Shown: positions 60,660-64,000 of the stretch, piece after piece
Layout: each line of letters opens with the position of its first letter
How positions within the stretch are numbered: the stretch's first letter is position 1
Sequence record: SRR20825019_2783
Strand: one strand, 5' to 3'
DNA length: 64,000 nt
Program-made: the position numbers and the translations under genes
The notes under the pieces: generated by a model
What the model saw: only the letters and a program-made list of their open reading frames with translations
What the model was told of the DNA's origin: nothing
Databases searched by the model: none

Positions 60660-61440
60660 GGGAGCGCTGCGCCTCCGTTTGTATCAGCTGATCGAGCAAA
60701 CGCTGATAAGCGAGACTGCCTTCTGCCTGTGGATTCATTTCCGGTAGTGGCAGGCCCAGCTTGCTGGCCTCACGAAAAGCCGGATCTACCGGCACCACAT
60801 CATTCCACACCTGCCCGGGATACTGTTCATGTAACTGCTGCAGAATATCATTGGCTGTTTTGGCGCGAGTGTCGTGCATGGTGGGCACGATAAAATAGGG
60901 TAATGAACTGTGTCGCGAATGATTAATCATTGAGACGGTGTGCAGCATATGTTCCAGCCCTTTCATCGACAGAAACTCGGTCTGTACCGGAATCAGCAGG
61001 CGGTCACAGGCTGCAAGGGCATTGATCATCAATACGCCCAGCATCGGCGGGCAGTCGATAAAGACATGCTGGAAACGGTCTTTGAAAAAGCTCAGGGTCT
61101 TGCGGATGACCAGTCCCTTTCCCTGTTGTGCCCCCAACTGCCGATCCAGCGTTGCCATCGCGGTAGAGGCCGGTAACAGGAAAATATTATCATGCCGGGT
61201 CTTTTTCAGGCTCTGAAAAATCGCGCCTTTCGGTGTTTCATCCAGCTTCTGAAACAGGGTGTAGATACTGGTTTCAATCGAATCCGGATCGTAACCTAAA
61301 TACGTTGTCATCGAGCCATGCGGATCCAGATCCAGGATCAAAGTTGACTCACCCCGCTGCGCCAGCAAACTGGCTAAGGAAATGACGGTGGTGGTTTTCG
61401 CCACACCGCCTTTCTGGTTACAGACTGCCCAGACACTCAT
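60652..61440 (-). CDS. ParA family ATPase of chemotaxis cluster (ParC-like)
   Basis: NQKGGVAKTTT, DLDPHGS, IDCPP, IPVQTEF. Confidence 0.9.
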   Translation of the reverse strand: MSVWAVCNQKGGVAKTTTVISLASLLAQRGESTLILDLDPHGSMTTYLGYDPDSIETSIYTLFQKLDETPKGAIFQSLKKTRHDNIFLLPASTAMATLDRQLGAQQGKGLVIRKTLSFFKDRFQHVFIDCPPMLGVLMINALAACDRLLIPVQTEFLSMKGLEHMLHTVSMINHSRHSSLPYFIVPTMHDTRAKTANDILQQLHEQYPGQVWNDVVPVDPAFREASKLGLPLPEMNPQAEGSLAYQRLLDQLIQTEAQRSHG

Positions 61441-62345
61441 GGTTCAGCCTTGTCTGTGTTAACAGCATTGTCTTCAGGTGTTTCCTCAGCCGGCGATGAC
61501 TGGAGAGTGGCTTCAGGAACGCTGTCAGAAGGATTACCGGCATTAAACAACTCGAGACTGCGGCGACTCGCATCACGACCCAGCACAACCAGTACCACGC
61601 GACGATTTTTCTGACGACCTTCCTCGCTGCTGTTATCGGCGACTGGGCGGTGTTCACCAAAGCCGGCAGCAGACATGCGATCCGGCTGCACGCCATAGCG
61701 GTCCAGCAGGTGCACCACACTGGCAGCGCGAGCGGCGGATAGCTCCCAGTTGGATGGAAACCGTGGGGTATTAATAGGATTGTTATCAGTGAAACCTTCC
61801 ACCTGAATCGGGTTGGCCGAAGTCTGCAGAATATCAGCGATTTCGCCGATGATCGGCACAGCAGCACGCTCGAGGCGGGCTTCACCGCTTTCAAACAATA
61901 CCCGTGATTTGATTTCCAGCTCCAGCCAGTCGTCTCCCTGTTTGATGATCACATCTTCAGAGGCAATCAGGTCGGACAGCGCCGTGCTGAACTGCTGCGA
62001 TAAGTCATTAATAGTTTTGATATCTTCGACGCTGGCCGGCGGCGGTCGGTTGGGTACATCCGGCAGTTCGATCTGATATTCAGGTTCCAGCGGATCGCCG
62101 GGTGAGGGCGATTGCTGTCCTTCACCGCGACTGAGTTCGCCTATCTGGATCGGCTCCTCACTGCGCACCGGCTCAGAAAATACCGCCTTCAGGCTTTGTG
62201 ATAACACGCGGTATTTACCCTCATTGACGGCGGAGATGGAATACATGACCACAAAAAACGCAAACAGCAGCGTAATGAAATCGGCGTAGGAAACCAACCA
62301 GCGTTCATGGTTTTCATGTTCTTGATGTTTTTTCCGGCGCGCCAT
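61437..62345 (-). CDS. motD: Flagellar stator protein MotB-family (MotD)
   Basis: ERWLVSYADFITLLFAFFVVMY; OmpA-like SNWELSAARA, NRRV. Confidence 0.9.
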   Translation of the reverse strand: MARRKKHQEHENHERWLVSYADFITLLFAFFVVMYSISAVNEGKYRVLSQSLKAVFSEPVRSEEPIQIGELSRGEGQQSPSPGDPLEPEYQIELPDVPNRPPPASVEDIKTINDLSQQFSTALSDLIASEDVIIKQGDDWLELEIKSRVLFESGEARLERAAVPIIGEIADILQTSANPIQVEGFTDNNPINTPRFPSNWELSAARAASVVHLLDRYGVQPDRMSAAGFGEHRPVADNSSEEGRQKNRRVVLVVLGRDASRRSLELFNAGNPSDSVPEATLQSSPAEETPEDNAVNTDKAEP

Positions 62346-62352
62346 CGCTACC

Positions 62353-63093
62353 TCAATTCAGGTAAGCCTGAAGTCGACTTTCGATATTACGCGGATTTTC
62401 TCCATCCGCGACGCCAATCAGTCCCTCAATCAACATCATGCGAAGCCGGCTGCGCTGAGCGACCACCGACTTTAACTTATTGCCGATAGGTAAAAACAAC
62501 AGGTTGGCAAGGCCCACACCATAAATAGTGGCAACAAAAGCGACCGCGATTCCCGAGCCCAGTGAGGATGGATCAGCCAGATTACCCATCACGTGAATCA
62601 GGCCCATCACCGCACCGATAATACCGATGGTCGGTGAGTATCCGCCCATGGCTTCATAGACCTTGGCAGCCTGGATATCGTCTTCTTCTTCCAGATCCAA
62701 ATCGTTTTCCAGTACTTCACGGATCATTTCCGGCTCGGCACCGTCAGCAATCAACTGGAGGCCTTTCTGAGTAAACAGATCGGTTTCATCCATCGCCATG
62801 GACTCCAGCCTCACCAGTCCTTCGCGACGAGCGACCTGGTTCCATTCCAGAATTTTCTCCAATAGCGTGCTTGCTGACATTTTGGGCGGTATAAATACCC
62901 AGACAGTCCGCCGCAGTGCCCGCAGAAACGTGTTCATCGGTGTCTGCAGCATCACGGCACCCAGGGTACCGCCGAATACAATCAGCATCGCTACCGCATT
63001 CAAAATCGTATCGAGGTGACCGCCTTCCAGATGCTGACCAACCAGAATGGCGCCAAAGCCGATGATAAGACCGAGGATACTGAGAATATCCAT
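62353..63093 (-). CDS. motC: Flagellar stator protein MotA-family (MotC)
   Basis: ARREGLVRLE, GGYSPTIGIIGAVMGLI, AFVATIYG, GENPR. Confidence 0.9.
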   Translation of the reverse strand: MDILSILGLIIGFGAILVGQHLEGGHLDTILNAVAMLIVFGGTLGAVMLQTPMNTFLRALRRTVWVFIPPKMSASTLLEKILEWNQVARREGLVRLESMAMDETDLFTQKGLQLIADGAEPEMIREVLENDLDLEEEDDIQAAKVYEAMGGYSPTIGIIGAVMGLIHVMGNLADPSSLGSGIAVAFVATIYGVGLANLLFLPIGNKLKSVVAQRSRLRMMLIEGLIGVADGENPRNIESRLQAYLN

Positions 63094-64000
63094 TAATGCA
63101 GCTCCGCCAATTGCTGGCCGATATCACTGAGGTCGAGAATTTTATCGGCAAGCCCGGCTTTGGCTACCGCCATCGGCATGCCATAAATTGTGCTGCTCAG
63201 TTGATCCTGAGCCCAGATGCAACCGCCCAGTTGTTTGATAGCCTGGCAGCCGTCACGACCATCGCTGCCCATACCGGTCAGAATAATCGCCAGTGTCTCC
63301 GCCGCACAGACGCGGGCGATCGAGCTGAATGTCAGATCAACACAGGGTTTGTAGGTCTGGGTCGGGTCGCCATCTTCAACATGTAGATAGAGTCGGCCGG
63401 GTCGGCCCTTTATCAGCATCTGCTGACCGCCGGGAGCCAGATAGGCCGTCCCCGGATTCAATGCTTCCCCGTGTTCAGCCTGCTTAACGTGAATCCGGCA
63501 TTGATTATCCAGACGCTCAGCAAAGGATGGGGTAAATGTTGCCGGCATGTGCTGGACCATGACAATGGGGCTGGGAAAGGAAGCCGGTAATTGCGTCAGC
63601 ACTTTCTGCAAAGCCACGGGGCCCCCGGTGGAAGTACCTATTGCGACCAGTCCCGGTGCCTCAATCTGTTTTTGGTCGCGGCTTCGGGGCGATGTCGGGG
63701 TAGCAGCGGGCTGCAGGGGCTCTTCCAGGCTGGCACGAAAACCGCTGGCCAGATGGTAAATACGCTGACACAATTTTTTCTGTGCTTCGCTACGATCAGA
63801 TGACAGATCCTCGAATCGTTTAGGCAGGAAGTCAGTGGCACCGGCCTCAAGCGCATCCAGGGTGGATTTAGCACCCTCGGTGGTCCAGGTCGACAACATC
63901 AGTACCGGTGTCTGACGCAGCGCCTTGATTTTACGTACGGCACTGATACCGTCCATGACCGGCATTTCCAGATCCATGGTGACCACATCAGGACGCAGGG
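63093..64000 (-). CDS. cheB: Chemotaxis methylesterase CheB (5' end outside window)
   Basis: RPDVVTMDLEMPVMDG receiver end; GTSTGGP, VQHMP, LTGMGSDG, YGMP. Confidence 0.95.
   Translation of the reverse strand, partial: LRPDVVTMDLEMPVMDGISAVRKIKALRQTPVLMLSTWTTEGAKSTLDALEAGATDFLPKRFEDLSSDRSEAQKKLCQRIYHLASGFRASLEEPLQPAATPTSPRSRDQKQIEAPGLVAIGTSTGGPVALQKVLTQLPASFPSPIVMVQHMPATFTPSFAERLDNQCRIHVKQAEHGEALNPGTAYLAPGGQQMLIKGRPGRLYLHVEDGDPTQTYKPCVDLTFSSIARVCAAETLAIILTGMGSDGRDGCQAIKQLGGCIWAQDQLSSTIYGMPMAVAKAGLADKILDLSDIGQQLAELH

Noticed and set aside
1-64000. Mobile elements, prophage, defence systems, tRNA/rRNA
   Set aside because: No integrase, transposase, phage, defence or stable-RNA signatures recognised; gene order is largely conserved core synteny

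Overview
Gene-dense core-chromosome segment of a gammaproteobacterium (gene content and style suggest a marine Methylophaga-like organism; inference only). It carries a GST, an RND MFP/permease pair, PilZ and PIN-PhoH genes, a Vgb-like beta-propeller gene broken by one in-frame TGA, a PP2C-kinase fusion, LysE/Atl/RarD, a divergent lrp-like/leuA pair, signalling genes (PAS-GGDEF, MCP, HDOD, REC-like-GGDEF-EAL), metH-slyX-tmcA, adk, the rluC/rne locus, the comEC-exbBD-msbA-lpxK-ycaR-kdsB envelope operon, lolC/E-lolD, rpiA/ilvA, pgl-glk-apaG, a fliK-like/flhB-like pair and the distal end of a chemotaxis operon (cheB-motCD-parA-cheW-like-cheW-DUF2802). I saw no rRNA, tRNA, CRISPR array, integrase or transposase. 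The most notable observations are: a ~140-nt multi-stem structured leader upstream of leuA with a repeated CACAAG loop motif and a possible SD-occluding alternative pairing; two small operon-embedded ORFs below the ORF-track cutoff; the single TGA in the Vgb-like gene; and an animal-type ketohexokinase-like kinase.
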